A stretch of 64,000 nt of DNA from an uncultured Verrucomicrobiae bacterium (GCA_963702845.1 OY969763.1:5696001-5760000); one strand, 5' to 3'; counted from the stretch's first letter, positions 39,012 to 50,900 are shown. Notes: generated from the letters alone by a model not told the origin. Numbers and translations: made by a program.

Positions 39012-41558
39012 ATGACAAAAAAGAACTTATGCTTCTTGGCCAGTTTGTTCGTGGCCGTATTTGGTCTCGTTCCCGGCGCGCTCGCCAGTGAGGCGGACAT
39101 CCATATTCCAGACCTGACGCAAGTGAGATTTGCTGGCTTGGGCGGCGTGAGCGGCGAGACGTTGATGTACGCTGGCATCGTTATCTGTTTTATTGGAGCC
39201 GTCTTCGGCTTGATCCAATACGTGCAGACGAAGGCTCTGCCGGTTCATTCGAGCATGGCCAACGTCTCCAACACCATTTGGGAGACTTGCAAAACGTATT
39301 TGTTCACCCAAGGCCGGTTCCTCGCGATCCTGTGGGTGCTGATTGCGGCGTGCATGGTGTATTACTTCATGGGCCTGCAACATGAAGCGCTCGGCAAGGT
39401 CATCGTTATTCTTCTGGCATCCATCCTCGGTATGTTGGGTTCGTACGGCGTGGCATGGTTCGGCATCCGCATTAACACCGTTGCCAACTCGCGCGCGGCG
39501 TTCTCTGCGCTTAAGGGCAACCCGCTGGCCACCCTCGGCATTCCGCTGCGTTCTGGAATGAGCGTCGGCTTGCTCCTCGTGGCGGTCGAACTCTTCTTCA
39601 TGATTTGCATTCTGATTTTCCTGCCTCGCGATCTCGTCGGACCTTGTTTCATCGGCTTCGCCATCGGCGAGTCTTTGGGCGCGAGCGTTTTGCGTATTTG
39701 CGGCGGTATTTTTACGAAGATCGCAGACATCGGTTCGGACTTGATGAAGATCGTCTTCAAATTGCCGGAAGATGATCCGAAGAATCCTGGTGTGATCGCG
39801 GATTGCACCGGTGACAACGCTGGCGACAGTGTCGGACCGACGGCGGATGGTTTCGAAACCTACGGTGTGACTGGTGTGGCGCTGATCGCATTCCTCGCGC
39901 TTGCCTTGGCCGCAACCCCTCAAATCACTGCCACGCTCATCATCTGGTTGTTCGTGATGCGCTCGTTGATGATTGTCACGTCCCTCATTTCTTATTTTGC
40001 AAACGAAGTCCTGAGCAAGAGTCTCTATGGAAGCAAAAAGGATTTCGATTTCGAAGCTCCCCTGACGCACCTGGTCTGGCTGACTTCGGCAGTTTCAATC
40101 GCAATTACGTTTATCGCCAGCAAAGTGTTGCTGGGCGATTTCAAAGATGGCGCGGGCGTTGCCCAACCAGACCTCTGGTGGGTTTTGTCGGTGATCATCA
40201 GTTGCGGAACGATCGCCGGCGCGCTCATTCCTGAGTTCACCAAAGTGTTCGTCAGCACGAACTCGCGACATGTCCGCGAAGTCACCAATTGCTCCAAACA
40301 TGGTGGCGCGTCGCTGAACATTCTGTCCGGTTTCGTCGCGGGTAACTTTTCCGCGTTCTGGATGGGCCTTTGCATCATGGTGCTGATGGCCGCGTCTTAT
40401 TACTTCTCGCAAAACCCGGCGCTGATGGGCTTGATGCCTGCGAAGTTCGCATTTGCCGCGCCGATTTTTGCGTTCGGTCTCGTCGCATTCGGATTCCTTG
40501 GCATGGGTCCGGTGACCATCGCCGTCGACAGCTACGGCCCCGTTACTGACAACGCTCAATCGGTCTATGAACTGAGCCAAATCGAAGGCCGTCCTGGCAT
40601 CGCCGCTGAAATCAAGAGCCAGTTTGGTTTCAATCCTGATTTCGAAAATGCGAAGCATCAGTTGGAAAAAGGTGACGGCGCAGGCAACACCTTTAAAGCG
40701 ACGGCCAAACCGGTGCTTATCGGCACGGCAGTCGTCGGCGCGACCACGATGGTGTTCGGCATCATCATGCTCTTGCAGAGGATGTATGAAATCCAATTGG
40801 CTTCCGGCCAAACCGGCATTTTTAAACCGGTGGTTGATGCGTTGAGCATCGTGCAGCCGGAAATCATCCTCGGCCTGATCATGGGCGGTTCAGTGATTTA
40901 CTGGTTCACCGGCGCTTCAACGCAAGCGGTCGTGACCGGCGCCTATCGCGCGGTGGTTTACATCAAAGAGAACATGAACCTCTCGGCGACGACGGCGTCG
41001 GAAAAGGACAGCAAAGAAGTCGTCCGCATCTGCACGGTTTACGCCCAGAAAGGCATGTGGAACATCTTCATCGTGGTGTTCTGCTTCGCGCTCGCGTTGC
41101 CGTTCTTCAATCCGTATTTCTTCATTGGTTACCTGATTGGTATCGCGTTCTTCGGACTGTTCCAGGCCATATTCATGGCGAACGCCGGTGGCGCATGGGA
41201 TAACGCAAAGAAAATCGTTGAAGTCGATCTCCGCCAAAAAGGTACCGAACTCCATGCGGCAACTGTCGTTGGTGATACTGTCGGTGATCCATTCAAAGAC
41301 ACTTCGTCGGTCGCTTTGAACCCGGTGATTAAGTTCACCACCTTGTTCGGTTTGCTCGCTGTTGAAATCGCAGTCACCATGAAGGACCAAGCGGTGAAGA
41401 CTGGCATCGGCGTAGTCTTCTTCGTCATCGCGCTCATCTTCGTTTATCGCTCGTTCTATTGCATGCGTATTCCCGAAGACACCGCCGCCGATGGCAACCT
41501 CGTTCTCCCGCACGACGTGCACGGGAAGAAAGAAGGCTTGGAAAAGTCGATGACCTAA
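39012..41558 (+). CDS. hppA: Membrane-integral pyrophosphatase, divergent subfamily, predicted K+-independent
   Basis: GGIFTKIADIGSDL, EDDPKNPGVIADCTGDNAGD, GNTFKA, GGAWDNAKK, GDTVGDPFKDT. Confidence 0.95.
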   Translation: MTKKNLCFLASLFVAVFGLVPGALASEADIHIPDLTQVRFAGLGGVSGETLMYAGIVICFIGAVFGLIQYVQTKALPVHSSMANVSNTIWETCKTYLFTQGRFLAILWVLIAACMVYYFMGLQHEALGKVIVILLASILGMLGSYGVAWFGIRINTVANSRAAFSALKGNPLATLGIPLRSGMSVGLLLVAVELFFMICILIFLPRDLVGPCFIGFAIGESLGASVLRICGGIFTKIADIGSDLMKIVFKLPEDDPKNPGVIADCTGDNAGDSVGPTADGFETYGVTGVALIAFLALALAATPQITATLIIWLFVMRSLMIVTSLISYFANEVLSKSLYGSKKDFDFEAPLTHLVWLTSAVSIAITFIASKVLLGDFKDGAGVAQPDLWWVLSVIISCGTIAGALIPEFTKVFVSTNSRHVREVTNCSKHGGASLNILSGFVAGNFSAFWMGLCIMVLMAASYYFSQNPALMGLMPAKFAFAAPIFAFGLVAFGFLGMGPVTIAVDSYGPVTDNAQSVYELSQIEGRPGIAAEIKSQFGFNPDFENAKHQLEKGDGAGNTFKATAKPVLIGTAVVGATTMVFGIIMLLQRMYEIQLASGQTGIFKPVVDALSIVQPEIILGLIMGGSVIYWFTGASTQAVVTGAYRAVVYIKENMNLSATTASEKDSKEVVRICTVYAQKGMWNIFIVVFCFALALPFFNPYFFIGYLIGIAFFGLFQAIFMANAGGAWDNAKKIVEVDLRQKGTELHAATVVGDTVGDPFKDTSSVALNPVIKFTTLFGLLAVEIAVTMKDQAVKTGIGVVFFVIALIFVYRSFYCMRIPEDTAADGNLVLPHDVHGKKEGLEKSMT

Positions 41559-41581
41559 TTCGGCAAACAATCTAAAACCAG

Positions 41582-41620
41582 AAACGGCCCCGATCGAAAG
41601 TCGGGGCCGTTTTGATTTTG
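41582..41620 (+). terminator. Intrinsic terminator
   Basis: AAACGGCCCCGA-loop-TCGGGGCCGTTT followed by a T-rich tail. Confidence 0.85.
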
Positions 41621-41660
41621 AGAATCACCGTTGCGGTTCTGCTGCATTTGTCGTTGTCTT

Positions 41661-44600
41661 ATGGCTTCGTCGATGAACTCAACACTGATGCGCTGGATCT
41701 ACGGATTGATTTACTTCATTGCAACAACTGTGCTGGTTGTTGGAGCTGAACCTGCGACCAGTAACCTTCTTACAGCGATCCCGGCCGGTTATCACCTCCA
41801 GGCTTATGATGATTGCGGCACAGAGGGGCGCCAACCGCATGTGTTGATGAAGGACTGCTACTTTTTCACCTTCAGCACTGGTGACACTGATGCCGGCCCC
41901 AAAGAACGCTCAGCCGTTTTCAGCTATAAAGGAATCCAAGCCGTCTATACCAACCTCGACCCAAAACTCTCCTATGTGCTCGCCCTGACGTATGCAAGCG
42001 ACCACGTTTACAAACGCGTTCAAAGCCTCGAAGCCAATGGCGTCGTTCTTCATGGGCCTTATGCTTTGCCAAAAGCCAAGGCGACTCGCGTCATTGTCAA
42101 AGTGCCCGCCGAAGCCATTCGTGATGGCAAAATGACTCTGTCATGGAAAATCCACGGTGAAGTCAACGCGACAGTTTCCATCATCGAGCTTTGGGCCAAT
42201 GCGCCAGCCAAAGGCAGTCTCGACTTCACCGCCCTCGCTGGATTGGCGTCGTGGTTCGATGGCCAGGTGATTGATCTCACCTACGACGGTGTGGCCGGAG
42301 CCAGAGTCACCCTGTCTGGCTCAAACCGAAAGACAATCGCCACGACTAATACCGGTCCAGATGGACTTTTTAGTTTTAGCCGCAAAGCGGTGGAATCGCT
42401 CGGCTCTAACGGCGAAATCATTTTGACCGCAGAACACGATGACCAAAACGGCCAAACAAAACTGAGCGCGAAAAATTTATTTTTCGAACCGGTGCATTAT
42501 CGCCCCCTTCCCAGCAAGACTGCAGGCGTCAGCAAAAACAGCCTGCTCTTAAATGGCGCATGGGTAATCAGAACGAACTCAGCGGTAGATTCGACATGGA
42601 AACCATTTCAAGTGCCCGGCCAATTCTTGCAGCAAGGATTCGACATTCCGCAGGACAAACCTGTGGCGTTAGCCAGGGAATTTGTTGTTCCAAAAGATTG
42701 GAACGGCAAAAAGATCATTCTGCGCTTCGACGCGGTTCATGGCGGTACGCGCTATTGGCTCAACGGCCACGAGCTCGGTTACAGCGAAAACCTTTTCACG
42801 CCTGTCGAATGGGACATCACCGGCGACGTAAAGTGCGGCCAGAAAAACCGGCTTGACCTCGAAATTAAAGTCGCGACTGTTTCGGAAGCGCTCTCTTATT
42901 CATCTGCCTACGCGTTCCACAATCTCGGCGGCATCGATCGTTCGGTGCGTGTCTTCGCTTTGCCACCAATTCACGTCCGTCAGATGCACGTAAACGCCGA
43001 TCTTGATGGACATTACTGCGACGGAACGTTGCATTTGAGTCTTGGTGTGGAAAGCACCAGCGAGCGCGCTGAAAACATTTTGGTCTCCATTAAACTGACC
43101 GACCCGGCCGGAAAAACAATTCACCATTCCCACCCCGTCACAAACGTCGAATCATTCCAAGGTTCCGGGACAGTCGAGGTTTCAAGTCGTGTGACCAATC
43201 CACTGCAATGGAGCGCCGAGAAACCAAACCTTTATCACCTCACGCTCGAGCTGCAACAACGCGGCAAACTCCTCGAACGAATCGAGCGCGAGATTGGTTT
43301 CCGCAAAATTGAAATTCGCGACCGCCAATTACTTGTGAACGGCAAGAAAGTAAAACTGGCTGGAGCCTGTCATCACGAATTCGACCCGCTCACGGGCCGC
43401 GCGAATACTGCCATCCACGCCGAAGAGGATGTCCGTCTGCTCAAGGAGGCAAACCTCAATCTGATCCGCACATCGCATTACCCGCCCACCGCCGAACTCC
43501 TCGATGCTGCCGATCGCATTGGCATGTACGTCGAAAGCGAAGCCCCGTTTTGCTGGGTCGGTGGCGGGCTGGACACCCCGACAAATCTTGATGCGACGCT
43601 TATTCCTACCTCGGCGATGATCGATTACAACCACAGTCATCCCAGCGTTCTCTTCTGGTCCCTGGCGAACGAGTCGCATTTCAATTTGCAATTTTTCCGC
43701 TCCGCTAAAATGTGCAAGGAGTTGGACCCAACGCGGCCCACGACATTTAATTTCGATTTTGCCAACAACCCGCTATGCGCCATCACCGACATCGCCAACT
43801 GGCATTATCCGCCGCCTTCTTTCGAGGATGTTTATCGCAACGACCCGCGCCCGGTTTATTTCGGCGAATACCTTTTTCCGATCTGCCACGAACAAACCGA
43901 TGTCCGCATCGATCCGGGACTGCGCGAGTTGTGGGGACAAGGTCAGACCGAGACGAACTCGGCCTTCGCTAAAGCATTGTTTGAGGATTCCAAAAAGCCA
44001 CCGATCAAACCCGGCCTCGTTCCCGGCGGCTGGACTTCGATTCAACATTCCGACCACTTGATCGGCGGCTCAATTTGGGCATCGCACGATGAAGATTTTT
44101 ATATCTCTGAAACAAATCATGTCGGCTACGCGTTTCATCACGGCTACTGGGGATTGATCGACGTGTGGCGCAGACCCAAACCCGAATGGTGGTTGGCACG
44201 GCATATCTTCAGCCCGATCTGGCTTGAGACCCGGCACCTCAATTTCGTTCCTGGTCAAAAGACGATCCGAGTGCCTGTGGAAAACCGTTATTCGTTTACA
44301 GATTTCAACGAACTGAATTTCGCCTGGCAAATCGGCGATCACAAAGGACGCCTCCATCCAAATCTTGCTCCGGGCGCTGACGGCGAATTAGAAATACCCG
44401 TTCCTCACGGTACCAAAAACGGTGATCAACTCCTGCTCCACGTCACCGCCCGCGACGGGCAAATTGTTGAAGAGTGCGCCGTCCGACTTGGAAACGAAAA
44501 TTCAGTACCACTGCTCAAGGCAACTTCTGGCGCACCGCGTTTTGTCGATGAGGGTAATAAAATCGTCGTGCAAGGCAATGGCTTCGGCCTCGTCTTTAGC

Positions 44601-45347
44601 AAGACAAAGGGAGATTTCGACGCGAGTGATTCGCGCCACACGGCAGCCGTCATTTCATTCCCGGCGCCTCATGTCACTCGCTACGATTTTGGCGACCTCA
44701 ACGGTCCCAACTCGCCACCTTACGCGGTTTTTCCTGAACTCGATACCCATCGATTCGAACGGATCGAAGTAAAAGAAGAACCCGTCGGACTCCGCTTAAT
44801 CGTGCACGACCGTTACAAAAACTTTAGCGGATCGACATCGTGGCTGATTGATAATGACGGCCGCGGCGTTGTGTCCTGCGACTACAAATATTCCGGCCCG
44901 ACGATGGACACCCGCGAAGCCGGGATTCGACTTTTGCTGAACGCAGCGTGCGATGAAGTCAAATGGCGGCGCTGGTCCGAGTGGGGCGTTTTTCCAAAAG
45001 AAGATATCAGCCGCACCGAAGGTTCGGCAAAAGCCCACCGTGACCCAAAACTCCGCCTGGCGCGGTGGAACCAACGGCCGGTGTGGCCATGGGCTTTGGA
45101 CGAAACGGAACTTGGGACCGCCGATTTTCGCTCCGTTAAATTTAATATTTATGAAGCTGGCCTAAGGTCGCCTAACGGCAACGGTCTGGTTTTGCACGCG
45201 AACGCCGATGCCCATTTCCGCGCGGCACTGACGCCCGGTGGTGTTGAAGGATTCTTACTGTCGCGCTGTAGCCTCGGACAAGTTCCGCTGACCGCCAACG
45301 ATCATGTGAAAGGGGAGTTTGTCGTGCAACTCCTGCCGCGGCGCTAA
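41661..45347 (+). CDS. GH2 glycoside hydrolase with extra N-terminal domains
   Basis: LRFDAV..YWLNG, WSAEKPNLY, GFRKIEI, IRTSHYPP, WSLANES; start uncertain (41661-41688). Confidence 0.9.
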   Translation: MASSMNSTLMRWIYGLIYFIATTVLVVGAEPATSNLLTAIPAGYHLQAYDDCGTEGRQPHVLMKDCYFFTFSTGDTDAGPKERSAVFSYKGIQAVYTNLDPKLSYVLALTYASDHVYKRVQSLEANGVVLHGPYALPKAKATRVIVKVPAEAIRDGKMTLSWKIHGEVNATVSIIELWANAPAKGSLDFTALAGLASWFDGQVIDLTYDGVAGARVTLSGSNRKTIATTNTGPDGLFSFSRKAVESLGSNGEIILTAEHDDQNGQTKLSAKNLFFEPVHYRPLPSKTAGVSKNSLLLNGAWVIRTNSAVDSTWKPFQVPGQFLQQGFDIPQDKPVALAREFVVPKDWNGKKIILRFDAVHGGTRYWLNGHELGYSENLFTPVEWDITGDVKCGQKNRLDLEIKVATVSEALSYSSAYAFHNLGGIDRSVRVFALPPIHVRQMHVNADLDGHYCDGTLHLSLGVESTSERAENILVSIKLTDPAGKTIHHSHPVTNVESFQGSGTVEVSSRVTNPLQWSAEKPNLYHLTLELQQRGKLLERIEREIGFRKIEIRDRQLLVNGKKVKLAGACHHEFDPLTGRANTAIHAEEDVRLLKEANLNLIRTSHYPPTAELLDAADRIGMYVESEAPFCWVGGGLDTPTNLDATLIPTSAMIDYNHSHPSVLFWSLANESHFNLQFFRSAKMCKELDPTRPTTFNFDFANNPLCAITDIANWHYPPPSFEDVYRNDPRPVYFGEYLFPICHEQTDVRIDPGLRELWGQGQTETNSAFAKALFEDSKKPPIKPGLVPGGWTSIQHSDHLIGGSIWASHDEDFYISETNHVGYAFHHGYWGLIDVWRRPKPEWWLARHIFSPIWLETRHLNFVPGQKTIRVPVENRYSFTDFNELNFAWQIGDHKGRLHPNLAPGADGELEIPVPHGTKNGDQLLLHVTARDGQIVEECAVRLGNENSVPLLKATSGAPRFVDEGNKIVVQGNGFGLVFSKTKGDFDASDSRHTAAVISFPAPHVTRYDFGDLNGPNSPPYAVFPELDTHRFERIEVKEEPVGLRLIVHDRYKNFSGSTSWLIDNDGRGVVSCDYKYSGPTMDTREAGIRLLLNAACDEVKWRRWSEWGVFPKEDISRTEGSAKAHRDPKLRLARWNQRPVWPWALDETELGTADFRSVKFNIYEAGLRSPNGNGLVLHANADAHFRAALTPGGVEGFLLSRCSLGQVPLTANDHVKGEFVVQLLPRR

Positions 45348-45372
45348 ATTTGAAAAGTCCGCGGCAGAATTA

Positions 45373-45828
45373 CTACCGGTCTTTTGACCGATGCATTGTG
45401 GCGCGTTTTAGTTCGCGGTCTGATTCCCGCTGCTTGATGTCATCGCGCTTGTCGTGTTGCAACTTGCCTTTGCCGACGCCAATCAAAATCTTCACGCGTC
45501 CATTCTTCCAATACATCGTGAGCGCGACGAGCGTGTTGCCTTTGACCGAAGCGAGCCCGAACAGTTTGCGGATTTCAGATTTGTGAAGGAGCAGCTTGCG
45601 CGGTGCCTTCGGGACGTGGCCAAAGATATTGGCCTGCGAGTATTCGCCGATGTGGGCGTTGTAGAGCCAGACTTCGTCCTTGTCGACGCGCGCGAACGCA
45701 TCGCTGATTTGCGCCCTGCCGGCGCGAAGTGATTTGACCTCCGAGCCCTTGAGCACAATGCCGGCCTCGAATGTCTCAGAAATGAAATAATCGTGCCGCG
45801 CCTTGGGATTGTTGAGGATTTCCGCCAC
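45373..45828 (-). CDS. smpB: SsrA-binding protein
   Basis: NPKARHDY..FEAGIVLKGSEVKSLR, RKLLLHKSEI, GKGK..HDKR. Confidence 0.97.
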   Translation of the reverse strand: MAEILNNPKARHDYFISETFEAGIVLKGSEVKSLRAGRAQISDAFARVDKDEVWLYNAHIGEYSQANIFGHVPKAPRKLLLHKSEIRKLFGLASVKGNTLVALTMYWKNGRVKILIGVGKGKLQHDKRDDIKQRESDRELKRATMHRSKDR

Positions 45829-45851
45829 GGCGCGCGATCCTTCGCTAGCTC

Positions 45852-46112
45852 TTACTTCTTGCCGCCGCGCTTTTTGGGCGTGGCTTCAATTTCCTCTTCA
45901 GCTTGAGGATCGGCGACCCAATCCATCTTGCCTTCAATGATTTCCAAAAGCGCGGTGTCGGCAGCACCGGTTCCGGGCGCTACTTCCAGCAGGGGACGGC
46001 TGCTGGCGCCGCCTACCGAGGTAAGTTGTCGCACCCGGCGAGACACGAGGTTAATCAGCACGTTTGTGTTGCCTACCTTCGCCAAAGCCTGTTTCATCAA
46101 TTCACTATTCAC
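45852..46112 (-). CDS. rpoZ: RNA polymerase omega subunit
   Basis: LINLVSRRVRQL..ALLEIIEGK; adjacent to smpB. Confidence 0.8.
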   Translation of the reverse strand: MNSELMKQALAKVGNTNVLINLVSRRVRQLTSVGGASSRPLLEVAPGTGAADTALLEIIEGKMDWVADPQAEEEIEATPKKRGGKK

Positions 46113-46298
46113 GAGCCCGGTAAGTTACTCGGTAAGGCTTTCTACGCAACCTAAAAAACTAGTGACAATTTGTAGCCGTTGACCTGAAGAGGTGGTCGTG
46201 ACCACTAGCCGGCTCCCCCGTTGTTGCCTCGACACCTACGAAAAGTGAGTTTTCGCTTGTTAAGTCCGCGCGTGACCGCGTACAAACCTACGTCGCAA

Positions 46299-47204
46299 AT
46301 GGCATCTAAAACCAATCGCACATTTGATTTATCCGCTTACCTCGACCGGGTTACCAAAACCGTCGATGGCGGCCTCGACAGACTGCTGCCGTCCGCCACA
46401 ACGAAGCCCGCCACCATCCACAAAGCGATGCGCTACTCGCTCTTTGCGGGTGGCAAGCGCATGCGCCCGGCGCTAACCCTCGCTGCCGCGGACGCGTGTG
46501 GCGGCAAATGGAGCGACACACTGCCATTAGCCTGCGCCGTCGAGTGCATTCACACTTACTCGCTGATTCACGACGACTTGCCTGCAATGGATAACGACGA
46601 TTTTCGTCGCGGCAAACCGACCAATCATAAAGTTTTCGGCGAAGGAATTGCGGTTCTCGCTGGTGACGCTTTGCTTACCGAAGCATTCGCGCTCGCTGCA
46701 AAAGCCAGAGGCTGGCCACGCTACTCCCACCAACAAATCGTGGCCGAACTGGCTTATGCGGCCGGTTCCCTGCAACTGATCGCCGGTCAGGTCGCCGATT
46801 TGGAAGGGGAGGGGAAGAAGACCTCGGCTGAACAACTTCGTTACATTCACGAGCGCAAAACGTCGGCGCTGCTTTGCGCTTCCGCGCGCCTCGGCGGCAT
46901 GAGCGCCAACTGCACTGCGGCGGAACTCAAAGCACTCACGGATTTCGGCTATCACGTCGGACTCGCGTTCCAGGTCATCGATGACATCCTCGACGTGACG
47001 AAGACCACGGAAGAACTTGGCAAAACCGCCGGCAAAGATGTCGCTGCCCAAAAAGCGACCTACCCCTCGATCGTCGGTTTAGAGAAGTCTCGGAAGATCG
47101 CCGCCGACCTCACCGACAAAGCCTTCGCCAGCCTTAAGCCATTTAAAGGTAAAGCCCGCGCGCTCGAAGCACTCGCGCAGTATCTTTTAAAGCGCCAGAG
47201 CTGA
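46299..47204 (+). CDS. ispA: Farnesyl/geranylgeranyl diphosphate synthase
   Basis: GGKRMRP, SLIHDDLPAMDNDDFRRG, FQVIDDILD, GKTAGKD. Confidence 0.92.
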   Translation: MASKTNRTFDLSAYLDRVTKTVDGGLDRLLPSATTKPATIHKAMRYSLFAGGKRMRPALTLAAADACGGKWSDTLPLACAVECIHTYSLIHDDLPAMDNDDFRRGKPTNHKVFGEGIAVLAGDALLTEAFALAAKARGWPRYSHQQIVAELAYAAGSLQLIAGQVADLEGEGKKTSAEQLRYIHERKTSALLCASARLGGMSANCTAAELKALTDFGYHVGLAFQVIDDILDVTKTTEELGKTAGKDVAAQKATYPSIVGLEKSRKIAADLTDKAFASLKPFKGKARALEALAQYLLKRQS

Positions 47205-47294
47205 CCACGGTTCTGTCGATGGGTGGTTGAAGTTCCAAACCCCCCTCGTTTTTGTAATGGCGCAAACTCCGCCGTGGAGTAACCATTCGCTCAT

Positions 47295-47867
47295 ATGGTA
47301 CCGATATTACTCATCATTCTATTGGCGATTATTGCTGTTGTCATAATCGTGGCGCTGTTTGGTGTCGGTATCTACAACCGTCTGATTCAGCTCCGGCAGA
47401 TGGTGAAAAATGCGTGGTCGCAGATCGACGTGCAGCTCAAACGTCGTCACGACCTCATCCCCAATCTCGTTAACACTGTCAAAGGCTACGCCGCGCACGA
47501 AAAAGGCACGCTAGACGCGGTGATTTCTGCCCGCGCCAAAGCCACCAGTGCGACGATCCCGGCCGACCGGATCAAAGCGGAAGGCGAACTGAGTGGCGCG
47601 CTAGGCCGTTTGCTCGCCGTTTCCGAAGCGTATCCGAACCTGAAGGCCAATGAAAATTTCCTCGGTCTGCAAAACGAATTGCGCGGGACGGAAGATCGCA
47701 TTGCCTTCTCGCGCCAGGCCTACAACGATTCCGTGCAACAATTCAACACTTCGATTCAAACGTTTCCCGCGGTGTTGTTCGCTGCGTTTTTGGGTTTCAA
47801 AGAAGAGCCGTTTTTCGAAACGCCTGCTGAAGAAAAAGAAGCGCCGAAGGTCGACTTCGGCGCTTAA
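47295..47867 (+). CDS. lemA: LemA family protein
   Basis: AWSQIDVQLKRRHDLIPNLV, EAYPNLKANENF. Confidence 0.95.
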   Translation: MVPILLIILLAIIAVVIIVALFGVGIYNRLIQLRQMVKNAWSQIDVQLKRRHDLIPNLVNTVKGYAAHEKGTLDAVISARAKATSATIPADRIKAEGELSGALGRLLAVSEAYPNLKANENFLGLQNELRGTEDRIAFSRQAYNDSVQQFNTSIQTFPAVLFAAFLGFKEEPFFETPAEEKEAPKVDFGA

Positions 47868-47883
47868 TCAAAAGCGAACTTTC

Positions 47884-47912
47884 AACGCTCCGCTATGGCG
47901 GAGCGTTTTTGT
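47884..47912. terminator. Intrinsic terminator between convergent genes
   Basis: AACGCTCCGC-TATG-GCGGAGCGTT then TTT. Confidence 0.8.
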
Positions 47913-50900
47913 TTACGGAGCAAGACTGGCTCGCAAGCGGAAGAATCCGTTCAGTGACGAATTGATGGTGAACTGGCCGTTGCCATTTGCATCAACTGTC
48001 GCGGTGTTTGCCAAATCAGTCCACGGCGCGTTGAACGTGGCGCGATATTGCAATTGATAAACCCGTCCGCCTTGGTACGGGCCGAACACGATTTTCACAC
48101 CGTTTGTCGTCGATTGGGAGGAGAACGACAGGTGCGAAGTCGGGTCGTTCGGCATCGTGCCCAAAACATACTCTGTGAAGTTCGAGTAGCCGTCGCCGTC
48201 GGCATCGGCTGAACCGGAAACAGAGTTGGTTCCCAGATAATACTGCGACCACCATGCCGGCACGCTGCCATTGGCAGGTTTATCCTGGCCAAGGCCGTAC
48301 GAGAACTTCACCGCGTTGACTACGATTACCTTGTTTTGTTCGCCGGTATTATTTTGCAATTGGATGGTGGCGGTTGCATCAGGGAAGTTGAGGTTCGATC
48401 CGAGGGACACCCAATGTCCGCCGACGGTTTGATCAACGCTCGTGAAAATTGTGAATGCCGAGCTCAAAACAAACACCTGGCAATTGGTGCTGTGATTCGA
48501 ACCGCTTGGCGACCAGGTTGCGACATCATACCGCCCCGCCGCCGGCAGCGCGGCATTGAATATCGCCGTCGCATCTGGAGAGAACGGATCGGTTGTGGTG
48601 TTTGCATATTGGAAGGAGTTGCCGTATTTATCGCCGGTCGCCGAACTGAACGTCCAGGCACCAAAAAGCAACGAGTCCGGTTCCTGCAGAATCAGAGTCG
48701 CAGTCGTTGTAAACGTGCCCGTAGCGGTCATAACCGCACCGTCAATCACACTGGTCACTTGAAAATAGTACAACGTGTCAGGAACCAAACCGGTCAACAT
48801 CACCGAGTGGTTCGTGCGCAGCGTCCCATCAAAACTCGAAACAGAACCGTAGCTCGGCGTCACACCGTATGCGACCTGCGTCGTCCCATTCGACAGCGAG
48901 TTCCAGTTAATAATCGCAGCGGTCGGATACCCAATCGCATTGACGTTATAGATCGGCGGCGGCAATGGAATCACCTGTGTCGTTGCTATCGCGGTATTGT
49001 TTGTTAAAAACGCGTCGGGTTCATTCGCCGTTACGGTCGCCGTATTGATGATTGTTTGTGGATCGGTCGGCGTTGTGACAGTGATCGTCATCGTCGCGAC
49101 GTAATTCACGTCGAGATAACCGACGTTGAAGGTGACAGTTCCCGCATCGGTATCAGCAATGAAATCCCCTTGAGAAGTTGTCGCGGTCACAAACCCTACG
49201 CTGTCTGGCAATGTATCAGCTACCGTCACGCCAGTGGCTGGTAGTGGCCCAAAGTTGGTCACCGAAATCGTATAGGTCATCGGGTAGCCCACAAACACCG
49301 TCGCAGGCGCAAAATTACCAATTCCCAGTTCAGCCGGATTCACCGGAACAACCGACGTAACCACGTTATTGGTTTGCCGCGGATCGGGAACTTCTGACGA
49401 GATGGTCGCCCTGTTCGTGAGGAATCCGATCGTTGCGGGCGCAATCGTCACGGTCACACGCGCCGTGCCATTGCTCGCAATCGTGCCAAGCAGGCACGTC
49501 ACATTCGTCGAATTGCTGCTAAATCCGCCTTGGCTGACGTTCACAGAACTGACGCCAACAGGCGACGAGAAGTCCGCCGTAAAAACTACGTTCGTCGTTC
49601 CAAGCGGCCCTTTGTTGGTGATGACATAATCGAAAACGTATGGCGTGTTAATCGATGCTGGTACCGGTCCGTTCGTTCCTGTCATCGTCAGATCCGCGAC
49701 GGTGAAGCTCGCCTGGTAGAATAGATTCAAAAGGTTCGAGCCGGGCGATCCCCAGCCAGTGCAAAGATCGTATCCAGCCACTGCCGGCCACAGCCCGTCA
49801 CTGAAATCATTGGTATTATTGCCGGAGGTCACGTCGTGAAACGCTCCCGTTGTTTTCGCTTTGCCGAGCGAATAGACAAACGGATTGATAAAGCCCGCTG
49901 GGGGTTGGCTCTTGGCGATATTGGTTTGGTTCACCAACGCCATAAATCCGGCCCACAACGGCGCCGCGCAACTGGTGCCGCCGAACGCACCGGAGGTGTG
50001 AGTATTGCCATTGGGATCATAATAAGTGACATAAACATTGTCCGCCGTCAGCGATACGTCCGGAATATTGCGAAAGTCCGTCGAACCCTTGTTCTTGGTC
50101 ATGCTGATGCCCTGTTGATACTTCGGGATATCGTAATAGTCGCCGATGCCGCCGCTGCTGCCCAGGTAACCATTAGGCGTTTGGTCAAAAGAAAATCCGC
50201 CGCCCCAATTCCAAACGACTTCCGATACCCAACCTTGTGAACCGGACGTCGAAAGCGTCGTGCCGCCCACTTGGGTGATGCTCGGGCTCTCCGAAGGAAA
50301 TTCAACCGGATTTACATCAGCATCGAAGGCATCAAAGTCACCAGAAGCATTGAAGAACGATTGTCCTTGCGCCGCCATCTGTTGGAAAGTCACTTCGATC
50401 GAATCATCCGGATCACCACCACCCCACGAGCAACTAATTGGCGCGACAAGATTGTCGTCCGCCATACGTCCGATCAGGTCCATCCACGGACTCGGGTTTG
50501 GCGCTTCATAGACGTAAATACGACTCAGTCCCGGCGCCATCGACATGCACATTTCGATGTCCAAACAAACTTCGGCATTGCCGAAGTCAGGCACATCTAC
50601 GCCGCCATCGATTGGCACAACAGTTAAAGGAACATTCGCGAGACCCGCCTTGGCGCGATACGCCGCGATGTCCGCGGCGTAAAATCCGTCGAACTGCAAC
50701 AGGCCAATCGTCTCGCCGTGACCGTTCAATGTTGTGTTGGGGACATAAGCTTTGCGGAAATCGCTGCCCATATAAGCGCTGCTCGGACCGGTGCCGCCTT
50801 TCGGAGCCGCATTCGAGGCCTTACGGCTTTTTGCATGCGGTTTCCAATAACTGCTCAAACCTTCAATCGACGAAATCGTTACTGGCGCATCGATGGCCGG

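Noticed and set aside
39027..40070. Long antisense ORFs (for example 347 aa opposite hppA, 335 aa at 8876-9883, 382 aa at 52097-53245)
   Set aside because: Shadow frames of GC-rich genes with no motifs of their own.
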